Source: Vermamoeba vermiformis (Eukaryota). From it: a stretch of DNA of 64,000 nt. Positions within the stretch are counted from its first letter, which is position 1. Each line of letters begins with the position of its first letter. The notes under the pieces were generated by a model, which was not told the DNA's origin, searched no databases, and saw only the letters and a list, made by a program, of their open reading frames with translations. The stretch is taken from positions 372,001 through 436,000 of the forward strand of contig JBEWZL010000163.1 of the NCBI GenBank assembly GCA_045837725.1, in the 5' to 3' direction. Both the position numbers and the translations under genes were made by a program. This document shows positions 1 to 12,408 of this stretch, in pieces.

Positions 1-888
1 CATCGTACAGAATGGTCGATCCGTCAGACGCTGGATCGTGGCTTAATTAACCCGACTTTTATGTACTTCGAGTATCTTATTAAATTCTGGTCTTATTAGG
101 TCCTGGTTTTACTCCTGAAGGCAAAGCTAAATTAGAAGGTAAGATTATTTTCGCAAGATCTATTCGGCCGTTACACGCGGCTTGTACATTACATCTTTTC
201 GTAACAATGCTTGCGCACGTGCATTTACAATCGATAATACGATGTTATGATATATTCCGTATTATGGACATATTTTAACCAATATAATCGTAATGTGGGA
301 TCCGACCACTTTGCACGGTGAAATCACCGCAATATAAATAGTACTATAATCTCTCTATGATACAGAAGATAATGTCCGTAGTACCTTCAAAAATATTATA
401 TTCATAATATACATACCGCTATATTTACAACATTACTAATGTGCGTTTTTCTGCTGGATCCAGAGAACAAACAAAAGCTGTACAAATTTATCCACGACGC
501 GTTGGGCAATGAAGAAGAGGCCAAGCGTATTTTCCACTACTTGAAGCACAGATCTAACCCCAAGCAACGCATATACGACGTAGAACGATTCCGCCGATTG
601 GTGTTGGATCCGCACAACTTTGCTCAAGTCCCTGAAACCAAAATTAACCAAGACCAAAAGAAGAGGTTGCTGGCCTACGCCTTCGAGTCTGTAAATAGCA
701 AGTGGAAGGTCGATTACAAGATGTTGGACGACATCAAGTTGCCGAAGAGGACGGAAGCATCGATCAAGGCCCGCGAACAGAAGCGCGAGAAGAAGAGATT
801 GCGCGCTGAATATGATGCTTCAGTGAAACAAGAAAAAGAAAGACAATTGCGCGAACAAGCGGAGAAGTTGGTGGCTGGTCAACAATAA
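1..888 (+). CDS. 3' part of a multi-exon gene; unknown helical protein with a basic coiled-coil C-terminus (5' end outside the window or unresolved)
   Basis: Last exon starts after tactaat...ccag at about 464 (ENKQKLYKF...EKLVAGQQ*). Upstream GT-AG exon fragments are present (e.g. PGFTPEGKAKLE|gtaag). No family recognised. Confidence 0.6.
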
Positions 889-1727
889 GAAAGAAAGTAC
901 CTCTGCGGTAAAAAAAATATGAATAACAAAAAGAGATAAAAAGCGACTAAATAGGATATTTAAATTGTTCTATCAATAAAGTAAGTTTTCTGGGACGGAT
1001 CTTCGCGCATACTAAAATCTTCCTTAGGGTTAAAATTGAATCCCACAGTGGGACCGGTCAAAAAAAATGTCGTGCTTTTTTTGGTACAAGTTCTGCTACA
1101 CTTCGTAGGAACTTTCGATTTTCACTTGTTTTGGAAATAATTGTTTTTCCTATTTTTAGGTCAGGCGAATAGGAACGCTCTGATTCGTCAGTTTTGAAAT
1201 TAAAGAAACTTCGTTTGTAGTGCACTATTAATTCATCTGGCATGTGAAACTCAGTATGTTGAATATTTACTTTGAGTGGCCGGTTGGGGTTTTTCGGCTA
1301 AGTTAGCAGGATTTTCGGATTTGGTGAATCCAAGTTGATCTGCGAATGTAGTCGAGTGTAGTCATGGATCTCGCAAATTCTACGGGCAATACCATACCAA
1401 AACACAAACTTTCCGTAGAGGCCCTATGGCGCTCTTTGGCGCTGTGCAGATCCACGCGGATAAGATCTTGCGGGTCGCTTTTTCGATTGAAGAGCAGGCT
1501 GTATGCGATTGGTGGCGAAATCTCGTTCAAGCTTATTGTCGACCACATGCAGGCAATTGTATCATCTGTAACAACGCTGCTATTGCTTCAGCCAGATCGA
1601 AGCTCAAATCGTTTGAAAGCGCTGTTTGCGGCAGGCAGAAGAATAAACATTAGAATACACAGTGCAAAACAAGGAGCCTGGATTTGCCACTAGCGACCGA
1701 TACCCTTCCATTTTTGGATAAAAGACT

Positions 1728-1836
1728 ATTACGCCATTGGTCAGCGTTATTTTAAGAGCGACCAATTGAATCAATAGGCACCTCCTATTTAGGGATTACG
1801 CTATTGGTCAGTTATTTTAAGAGCGGCCAATAGAAT
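1728..1836. promoter_or_regulatory. Two imperfect ~43-bp direct repeats, each an inverted CCAAT-box palindrome
   Basis: ATTACGCCATTGGTCAGCGTTATTTTAAGAGCGACCAAT (1728-1766) and ATTACGCTATTGGTCAGTTATTTTAAGAGCGGCCAATA (1795-1832), 75-180 bp upstream of the ATG at 1911. Confidence 0.55.
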
Positions 1837-1910
1837 TATTTAGCAAACAAGTCCTATAACCGCATGAGGGTCGTAGGTCAGGCGATATCTTTGAATTGAG
1901 ATACAGTATA

Positions 1911-3664
1911 ATGGCTACTACAGCGCTGTACATTATATTGATATACAGCTTATTTGCAAGCATTCGGGCGGATGTTTTAATACAGCTCAACAACCAGACA
2001 TCGATCGAACTTGAAGCGGTCCAAGTTATTTACAAAGGTCAGTCAACATAGTGTTAATATATCATTAATTAATCGTGCACATTAAGTTTAGGCAGCCAAA
2101 TGGAGCTTTTTAGTTCACAAATCTCGGGCGAGTTGACGAGAGATCAAAACGATTGTACCGATAAAATAGTGTTAATCAGAACAAATTTACCCGTAGAAAT
2201 AACACTAAAATCTCTGCAAGAAAAGGGCGCTAAAGCAGCAGTAGTATTATCTTTCGTTTATTGTACGTACAGCGGTTACATTTTAAGGTGTTAGCTTATT
2301 GCGTCTCACAGCAAGCGGAGGATACCTGCAATATAGAATAACCGATTATACGCTACTGTCCGAGATATATATTCCGGTTGTGGAGCTTGGCGTTAACAGC
2401 TCGAAAATTTTATGGAATCTAGTCTCGGCGGATCAACTCAATAACATCACTATTTTGCCTAGTGGTACGTTGTGAGCTTTCAATACGTATTGAATCCTTT
2501 TATACTAAAAATCACTAGATCGAGGCAATCCTTGGTCTGTAGCGGCATCGTCCCCTTGGATTTACGTGTGGCAAGGTAAACCTATCGCAATTGCGTCACA
2601 AATTGCGTCATATTAACAGTTAAGTATAGCTATACTGGCACCGCATGCAATCGCGAATCTAGTCCTCGCTTCGATCCAATTCAAGCGGTTTATTACTTTC
2701 CACGGCGGATGTACTTCAACCGTAGCCATGTACGCACTAGGAATTGAGTTTGTATCAAACTTGGGTACACCTACCATATGTGTAATAACTGTACTCGATT
2801 CTAATTCGATTTTTCAGTCCGGCTCGTGGCCATAGTGGACATGTTTGGGTACTACGGAATTTATCCGGATTGGTTCCGAATATTCTTCTCAGAATTGAAC
2901 TTGCCTTTCGTAGTGGCCTCATTTCTACTATTCTCATTGTTTTGGCATGAACTGATGACCAACGCATCGCTCAAAGTACATCCGTTCATTACAAAAATGA
3001 GAATTCCGTTCTATTGTGCTTCATGCGGGTTTGTTGTCGTGCAAGTGGTCATGGCGACATGTCGAAACCTGGGGTATTTAGAGGACTCGCGCATTGTATC
3101 ATGTAAGTACTTCGACGGAATATTTGTAGAAGGCCTGATCGGTTCTTTTTTTAGCTTCGTTGTACTTTGCGATTGCTATTGGCCTGATTGTATTTTATAC
3201 CATCACTGGCGTCAAATTGCTTAAGAAAATTCAGCTACTGCATTCTAAGCAAAAAGAAAAGACAAATACTGTCAAAAGCGTAAGATCCAGTGTTTTTTCA
3301 TCGCATAGCTGACTGGGTAATAGAGACGACCATCAGAATATTAGTTAGCACTGGTTTGCTATTCTGTCTGGTAATTCTAGGCGGAATTTTTGCCATCGGC
3401 GTGCCGTACAATCCTAACGGTAAGGATCCAACATTTTAACTGACAATTTGTTAATTATATAAATTAGGCTATATAGTTGCATGGTTTTTGACATTTTCGG
3501 TAATAAGCAGTGCCTCAACCATGAGCATTTTAGCGTGCAACTTGCCGAACAGAAAAAATAGTGGATCCAGCAATAACATCAATAACACGCCCATTAACAG
3601 CTCTGCGACTGAGAATACGAGCGTATATTTATCACCGCGAGATAATGTACAATTACCTGAATAG
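1911..3664 (+). CDS. Signal peptide + PA-like extracellular domain + multi-pass (probably 7TM) membrane protein, multi-exon
   Basis: Signal peptide MATTALYIILIYSLFASIRA; PA-like segments DKIVLIR...LQEKGAKAAVV and IYIPVVEL; several hydrophobic exons (FFSELNLPFVVASFLLFSLFWHELM). Stop TAG at 3662-3664. GT-AG introns. Confidence 0.7.
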
Positions 3665-3906
3665 AATCGGAGTAGCAATTGATAAAATAAATTATGCATC
3701 GTGCTACCAAAAAGTCAAATTTTCTTTGGCGCACTGTTTGACATATTATTTTCAACTAGCATGTTATTAATAACATGTGGTCGTTATTATTCTGGATTGG
3801 CCAGCGGCTAATTTCGTAGAAATTATTTGAACAAGATCGACAGCGAAAACGCTAACAACTCAATGGACTGAAAAAATCCGAAAACAATATTTTAATTTAG
3901 AGGAAA

Positions 3907-5379
3907 ATGAGTGCAAACAACTGGACCGAGCGAGATGGAGTTCTATACGATCAGGGTGGATCTGTCGTTTCTGTGGCCTATAAATCATTGTAAGAAATAC
4001 ACATAACTACATTCAATGTAAATCACGATTGATAAAGCGATTCCTTTAATTATTATGCCAGTATCAACTAAACAAGCGTAATCTGATCTGTTTTTCAGTG
4101 CTATGCAACGCGTCAAGAATGCAATAGCGAATGAAAGGGAAGAAAATTTTCGATTATTAGCTGAAGACAAAGAAAAATTAAGCAAATATCCACACGCACT
4201 CGACTACCAGTTTTCAGAAGAGCAGATTCAATTTCTCGAAAACAACGGATATTTAGTAATTAACGTATGATCTTGATCATTATACCCTCGCAATATTTAT
4301 AATATTTTCATATAGAATTTCTTTTCTGACGAAGTTGTGGATAAAATGGTGGATCAGATCTATCTTCGTGCCAAGCAGTTAGCGGGCCTGGAACGAGATA
4401 ACATTAGCACTTGGGAGACTAGCGGGGTATATACTGATATATAGCCGTCTAGTATAATATTAATCCATAAGTCTTAGGTCAATCAGGGATTTCTGGACCT
4501 GTGGCACTTGCCCGCTTATTACGAGTTACGACAAGATCCGCGTTTGTACAGCGTGTTCGCTCAAATTTTGAACGATCCAAAACTAACAGTGTCACTTGAT
4601 CGAGTCTCAATTAAGACTCCTGCGTGGCTTGAAATAGAAGAGAACGGTCAAACTAAAGTACGTCAAACCACATCCGATTTTTTAATTTGGTTACTAAGCG
4701 CTGTGTATGTTATCAGAAGCTTGATTTCACAGCAAATCAACGAGCGCTACAAATCCACACTGATCTCAACTTGTGGTTTTTGAATTGCATGGCGTATCAA
4801 GGCTCGATCTGCTTGTCAGATTGTCCCGTTGGATCTGGCGGGTTTACTTGCATGCCTGGTACGCACAATAGTAATATAACTAATCAAGTACCCAACTAAC
4901 ACTATATTGACTTATTAGGCTATCATAAACTGAACAAGATCCGACCTTATCGCGTCAACTACGAGCTGGGTGGATTTCAAGGCGCTTATGGCCAAGTACG
5001 ACGCTCACCGCCCGAAGAAGAATCAGTGTTTGAATTTTACGAGGATAAAGAAGCTATAGCACGTGACTTGAAGGAGATCCCGATGAAGAAAGGAGATTTC
5101 CTTATTTGGTCATCACGATTACCGCACGGAAATGCCAAAAATACCTCGAATCGATGGAGATTGCAGTGTTTTGTTCGGTGTGTGACGAGTGCCGAAGACA
5201 AAAAGCAGATCTACCGCAATGACGTGCGCGAATCCGTGCAGAGTGGCATGAAGCCACAATACTTCTCGAGCGGCAGCACTACGACACCTTATTATAGGGA
5301 GTGGGAAGTACCTTATCATCAACCCGTGCCGATGACAGATCTGGGCAAAAAACTGTTTGGCTTTGAACCTTGGAATTAA
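3907..5379 (+). CDS. Phytanoyl-CoA dioxygenase (PhyH) family 2OG-Fe(II) oxygenase, multi-exon
   Basis: Motifs SLDRVSIK, IHTD (HxD), QGSICLSD...GGFTCMPG and GDFLIWSSRLPHGN (distal His). Confidence 0.85.
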
Positions 5380-5918
5380 TTCCAGCACAAACCAATTATT
5401 TCATGTACATAATAAAACGCCACCAATATATGAGTGCGGTTTTCTAATTTCTTGCTATTTTCTATTCACACTTGTGGCTTGCTCGAGCAATACTTGACAA
5501 GTCTCACCCACAATATTTTCTCCGACGAAGGTGAACAGACAATGAAACGCTACGTTCGACCATCATTCGAATGTAGGCCTGCGTTGGGCAACAATAGCCC
5601 CCTCGTCTGTCACTTCGGTGATTTCGATTTTCGGGGCTCTCTCTCGGGAGAGCCCTGAAGTTATTAAGGATGTTACAATTCGAGTGGATGTGCGTGTAAC
5701 TCGCACCCGGGCCTACAATTCTTTTTATTTTTTAACCTTTACGCTGTCTTATGGCCCCTCAACCTATCGAGCACGAGGATCTTTTTTTTCATTTTCTTTT
5801 TTCCGCATCAAACGTCGGTTTGCTATGCAGCGAATCGATCTTCCATGAGAAATCATTAGCTAGCGGATTTTCAATAATAAAGAGTAAACATGGCCGTGAA
5901 CATTCATTTATTGTCCGG

Positions 5919-8900
5919 TCAATCCGAATCAATGCTGTGCACATCCACAAACTTGCCCATGTACTCCACCTCTTGATCTTCAACATCAACCACGCCATTG
6001 CCACCGAGAGGCTCTTCTTCGCCGCTAGACAGACATACGGGCACTTCTTCTCTTCGCGAGACCAATGCAGCATCTAGTTCTGAATCCAGATCGACCACTG
6101 GCGGTCCCGTCTTATAATGCAGTTTTGGCGCAGTAACTTTTCGTTGCTTAATCTTGCGTGCTATATTATCATCTGACACATCTAAACTGCGCGAGTTATG
6201 ATTGGATCTGACACTCGCTGCATCCGTGTTCGTCACAGATCTCGAGTCATCGCAACACGAAATTTCCTGACTTTCTTCCAACGACGATCGTCTTTCATTA
6301 CTCTTTTGATTGTTATTGTTTGTATTTGATTTGGTTGATTTAGTCGCAACTGACTGGTGTTTTTGGTTGTTATTGTTGTTCGTGTTGTTGTTATTTGACA
6401 CGAAGTCTTGTGCGTTGTTTCTATTCTCGCCATTACTATTATTGCTATGTCTTCGGTCACTTACTTGCACTGTCGATTGATCAGTACTGTTAATATTAAC
6501 GTTGTTGACGTTGATCTGACTCGTGACTTTTGATTGGTGATTTTTGTTAGGGTTAGGGTTTGAATTTTGCACGCTATTTTGATTCGTTATTGCGTTCTTC
6601 GCATTTGATTGGTCACTGATCACGTGATTTCCATTCGATTGAACTGTTTTCAACAAAAGATTTCTTTTTGGTGGCACTTTAATCACGGGCAATTCTTTTT
6701 TCTGTCCCTCGTCTTGCTGGTCCTCGCCTTCTGCTCTATAAATAGCTTTCTTTTTCTTTTGCGCCTCTGACGTGCTATTGTCATCGTTGTCGCCAGTCGG
6801 AGTCTCTTTCAATGAGGCTTTCTTAATGCCCTTTTTCCTGCCTGATTTGGTCTTTTCTTTCTCTCCGATGCGCTTAAAATAGTCCTTGCTATATCCGTAG
6901 TCTATAAACAACTCTTCATCGGGCTCTGTAAGCAAAAGTTAGATCCGATCGTAAATCCAGATCGACTTTTTGTCATATATTAAGTCTTACCTATATCTCT
7001 AGCAGCTCTCATAACGATTCTTAACTCGCCTAGTGTACTTTCCATAGCACTGTTTACATTTGGCTTGGAACTGTGATTGGCAAACTGGAAAAAAGTATCG
7101 ATATTAGTACCGACACAGTATAAATGTTGAAAAAATATATATTAATATTATTACCTTCATTTTGTTGCCTTTTCTTGTGGCATCAACTACGTAGCCCGAG
7201 TTATGAAGACCGAACAAAAAATTGACTTTTCGTTCATCGTAGATCCAACCTCGCCTTTCTGACTCCTCGAGCGAGATAAGCTTAATAGACATAGTGTTAA
7301 TAAGGACGTATATTATTATGCTTGGCGAGTACTATACTTACATCTCCTTTATACTCCGCAACGAATTCTCCCTCTTTGATTTTAGTGTCGGCAAAGAGGC
7401 CCCATCCAGCGACATTTGACTTCCTGACGCTGACTTTCTATTGCAATGTATTAGAATACTATAATATATATGTAATATAGGTGCCTTACTTTTTGTTTTT
7501 CCATCAATACCAATGCATTATAACAATCACATTTGCACCGACAAATGTCCGGATCACACTCGCGCATTTCTTGCACGCACAAACACGCCGTGTTAGACTC
7601 TTTAATACACGTGCCTAAATATATATGCTTAGTACATAGTTAACATTATTACGCCGTACGTACTTTTAGAAACACTTGAGCAATTGCATCCCGGAAATTT
7701 CCGGTCACAGTCCTGCGAACAACTGCAAAATTTCTCGCAATAAGTGTTGTTTTCTGCGCACGGACAATGCGCGCCTTCAGCTCCACAAGGAATGCCTGGA
7801 TGAGAACAGGGCGAATACGTCGCATTGAATTTTTGATCTGAAAGTATGTTAGTCAATATTATTTCCTTATTAGGCAATTTCTTTTGAGTAGAAAAATGTA
7901 CCTTTCAATGAGCGATTTAATCTGGTTAGTTTTTTCGGTTTAGACGCTTGGTGCTTGGAATTTTGTTGGTTGAAATAAAAATTAATATTGTTCACGTCCT
8001 TTTCGCTGCTCTTATTTAACATGTCTTTGCTGGCCAGCCTATCAAATATCTATCATATAGTCAATACCGTGGGTCATAATAATAATAATAATATAGCCAA
8101 ATATGGCAATTACGTACTTGTTTGCAGGTCTTGGTCCGCATCACTTTGTGGATTTGACACGAGGTCGTGAATTTAATTCTGGCCTTATTGAACGCAATCA
8201 CATCTCGTTCCGTCCAAACTAAAGAAACAACCGCAAAGATTAGTCTATTTGCCTTTTATGGTAAACCATAAACGGATCTGATACGTACCATCTTTAGCAG
8301 TGCTATTATTAGTCGTCGTATTGGCTGATTGGCTGTTCACGAAACAATGTTCGCCACAAGCTTTGCTGACTTGATCGGTGATCACTGAATTCTTTTCGTT
8401 CATGTTGTAATGGAAATACTCCGCGTCATTGGAATGATACGGACAATAAGTAAGCTACAAATAGATTTAATAGGGACTTATAAGTATATGTCTATAATAT
8501 TACTTACGTAACATCTACGGCAAAAAAAATTCGAAAGAGTTGAGTCGAACTCGCGCAGATCGTACGGCCTGTCAAAGTGTCAAAAAATGACATGTCACTT
8601 GGTAGTGCCCGTTACTTACTTCGTACTATGATTTTGACAGTATAATCTAACGTAATTCGTCCTTCCAACCAAACTATAACATATGGTTAATACTAATCAA
8701 AAAAAAATTGTTGGATCCAGCCGGATCTTACTATTTTCTGAGATTTTCAGGAGACTCGCATTCCATACTCTCAGCTAAATATTGCATCTTTTCGGGGGGA
8801 AGAATCTGATTCGCTTCTCTCGTACCTATTTGATAATTACCAAATTAGGAAATGCAATCAAAAGTCACGTGTTAACACTCTTACCGAACTTCTGAATGTA

Positions 8901-9851
8901 GCCCTCTAATATATTATCACTGTCATGATCTTCTAATAACAAATATCGCTTGTCATATAACGCATCCAGTTCTGACTGATCTCGTTCTTCTTCGTCGGAA
9001 TAATACGGCATAAACGTCCTTTCTCTGTTATCTGCCACCTGCCATAAAAACCATTTAGTACTACATACTACCACTTTATATAATAGTGTCATATAATATT
9101 AAGGGTTAAATCATCGTTACAATTGATGTGGATCAGATCTCGTTCGCATCCGATCTGGAACTTACAGGGTAATTCTTTGATACAGCAGCCCATGTGGTAC
9201 TATTAGGTATATTATCTGCTGGTGGCATTTTATGCACTCGTGGTGTAAATGTAAGCTTTTTTCCCTTCGGGTAACGGATTTGCACTTCGTTGGGATCTGA
9301 ATAGTCGGATCAGCATTAAGACATCAGCTCGAATTGCTAATAGTAATATAATATAATGGCCTTACTTCTACTCTTGGCTTGTTTTCCTCCCTTCTTTTTC
9401 GCTTTTGAACCTGCGCTTTTTTCGCTTGCGGATTCTTCGTCTCGGGATTGAGCATCGCTCGGAGCATTTGTATTATTAAATATATTATCAGCTACATTAT
9501 TATTCGCTATATTTTTATCGCGGTCCTGCACGTCTTGTTGAATTTTATTGATCACATCCAGATTGGCAAAGAGCCGGTTCTACGTAATATTTTAATATCA
9601 TATGCTTAATTCCCCATACCATGTACTTACATTTATTCGTATTATAGCTTTCTTCACGCATTCGTCGTTGATCTGCACAAATTCTTGCTCCTAAAATTTA
9701 AAATTAATTTAATATTTTAGAAAAAATTATATTATAGCATATTAATGACTATTACCAATTTTTCTAAATTCTCTTCTGTAATTTGCTTTTTTGCTGGTCG
9801 CGGATTCGGATCTTCAGTCTCTTCGCGAGACCTCTTCTTGCCTTTCGTCAT
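5919..9851 (-). CDS. EZH: Enhancer of zeste (EZH-like) PRC2 catalytic subunit, H3K27 methyltransferase, with a long N/Q-rich C-terminal extension
   Basis: Spliced translation gives a SAL/SRM-like segment TWAAVSKNYP|VADNRERTFMPYYSDEE, an MCSS-like FFCRRCY, a CXC domain (YSPCSH...YCEKFCSC...RKFPGCNC...RECDPDIC) and a SET domain (AGWGLF, EYKG, ESERRG, NFLF, VDATRKGNKMK|FANHS, EELFIDYGY). Confidence 0.93.
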
Positions 9852-10036
9852 AGCTGATAATGCGCACAAAAATCTATATAAATACTCATATGTAATAAAT
9901 GTGTGAAGGTTATTTTGTCTTGCGTTTGGTTGTGTTGAAAATAAAAAAGGCGCGCAATCATCAATTGAACATTTCAAAGCCCCTTTCGAACACAAAGGGA
10001 TTTAATACATGTCCGCATAATATTATTGACATAAAT

Positions 10037-12326
10037 ATGGAAGAAAAGCACGTTTCGAAGAAATTCAAAGGAGGATCAGGTGCTCCGTAAGCTCAAAATC
10101 AATTTGCCTGATGTATTTACAAGTCTAATAATAATTTATTATATATAGGATATTAATTGATGAAGAAGAGGACGAAGATTTGAAGCGAGCAATTGAATTA
10201 TCGTTGCTAGAACAAGATCCGAATTACAAATCCAAATCAAGCACTTCTACGGAGACCAAAAAACGCAAGCACGATGGTAATAATACATTATAATTTAATT
10301 ATAGCGTACATGCTCAAAATCATGTCCGTTTTCAGATTATGAAAATTTTAATTATTTGGATGTAGCAATCACCGAAATCAAAGAGGACAAATCAAGCACT
10401 ACGACACAAGATTGGACAGAGCCACAATTGTTCTTCAGATTACATCGTATTCGAGGAATTTATCCCAAAGGAAATGTCGAAGCACTGCCGATCCAACAAT
10501 TAATCACGGTACGAACAGATCTGCTCTGTTAATCCGATTCTAATGCCATTTAATATCTAGAGCGATGCTAAGAAAATAATATTAACGACATATAAGCTCG
10601 AACTCGAGTGGTTATTGAAGGCCTGTCCTATTTTATTGAGCATACCCGTATTTATTTCTCACGGTGAAGACGCTGAAATGTTGCAAAATGTGGGTAAAAT
10701 AGCATTAATTTCCTAGTATTAATATATAATAATACCGACCATATTATCTATAACAGGAATATATTCCCGATAATGTCAAATTGTCAACGCCAAAAACATC
10801 AGTCATGTACAGCGTAAACCATGGAAAAATTATGTTAATAGGCAAGTATAAATATATTAATATATAAATAACGAAGCTAATGAAATTTCCTTATTTAGAA
10901 TACGAAAAAATGTTACGGGTCGTTGTTTCAACTGCAAATTTATTGTCAGTAGATTATGACCGAAAGACTCAAGTACGCTATAGCTAATATAGCGAACGAT
11001 TATATTAATATTAAATAGGGGCTATGGTGCCAAGATTTCCCGAAGCTAGATCCAGAAAAAATTGTTGCGAAGAAAATTTATAACTCAAAACTTGGTTTAT
11101 TAGACCCACAAAATCTAGCGTGGGACTTTCAAATGACACTTGAAGATTATTTGAAGCACTTAGGCGTTAATAACGTATTTAATCTCAACCACTATGATTT
11201 TTCAAAAGTTCGGATCGTCCTGATCCCAACAGTTCCCGGGTACGTTCTTATTAAATCCTTAAATATGCGATATGGTATTAATATACTTATTAGAACGCAT
11301 AAATATGGAAACGAGAACAAATACGGCCATTTGAAATTGAAAAAATTTCTGTCGGTAAATCCGGTGGATCTGGATTCATTTGCAGAATCGAGCTATGCCT
11401 TGCAAGTACGTTATAATACTAAATATATAATGTATATACTAACAACTCTTAGTTTTCGTCAGTCGGAGCGTTGTCCGAGAAATGGCTGTTCAGCGAATTT
11501 AAGCAAAGTTTAACTGTCAGCGCGCACCATACTGCGGCTGGCCAATCACATGAAAGCAAAGAAGAGAAAGGGAAAAAGAAGAAAAATACTGCAAATAACG
11601 ACGACATTCAGTTAGTATGGCCCACCGTTGATTACGTTAAAGTAAGTTCGTTTTTTAGCAGGATCCGCTCTCTTCAATGACTCTTTATTTATTATATACT
11701 AACATGCTTATATAATAGGATAGTATTGATGGATATATGGCTGGTGGATCCCTTTGTTTCTCGAATAAGAACTTGAAGCCATTTTTATCGAGTCATTTCC
11801 ACGTCTACGAGCCTCCAAAAGAACGACGTGCTATACCACCGCACATTAAGGTAAAAATGAATTGGAATTTTATCAATTTTATTTCAGTTTTGGATCGAGC
11901 AAGATCAAGCGGCTCTTTGAAACAGTTATTAATTAAAATACATTGCAGTGCTATACGCGATATAACAAGGACCTTAACATGGCATGGGTACTATTATCAA
12001 GCGCGAATCTATCAAAGGGCGCAATGGGCGAGCTGCAAAAAGACGGATCTCAATTCATGCTCAGAAACTTCGAGATGGGAGTCTTGTTCTTGCCTAGCCT
12101 GGCTAAGGACTCCAAAGATCAAGTTGTTGAATATAAGAGCGATCCTGAGAATACTGGAGTCCATATTGAAGATGAAAAAGAAGGAAAAAAGAAAATCATT
12201 AATTTTCCGTTCCCGTACAAATTTCCGCCTAAAAAATACGACGCTAACGATAAGCCGTGGATTTGGGACGTTAAATATAACAGCCCTGATATATTCGGTA
12301 ACAATTGGCCTATTGGCTTCATGTAA
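10037..12326 (+). CDS. TDP1: Tyrosyl-DNA phosphodiesterase 1 with an N-terminal UIM
   Basis: Two HxK catalytic motifs (NHGKIMLI|EYEKMLRVVVSTANL; IPPHIK|CYTR), WVLLSSANLSKGAMG, RNFEMGVLF, PFPYKFPPKKY...KPWIWD. UIM: EDEDLKRAIELSLLE. Confidence 0.93.
10842..10898 (+). other. GC-AG intron in TDP1
   Basis: ATA G|gcaagt...ttatttag|AA TAC restores the conserved IEYEKMLRVV. The nearby GT donor gives a frameshift. Confidence 0.8.
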
Positions 12327-12408
12327 ATAAAAATTCAGCCGGATCAGCATCCGTTACAAAAACGATCCGATTTATTTTTCAAATTTTCTTTCGAACTATT
12401 ACACATAT

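Noticed and set aside
6546-6562. GTTAGGGTTAGGGTTTG telomere-like repeat
   Set aside because: It is the antisense of codons for NPNPN inside the E(z) tail exon.
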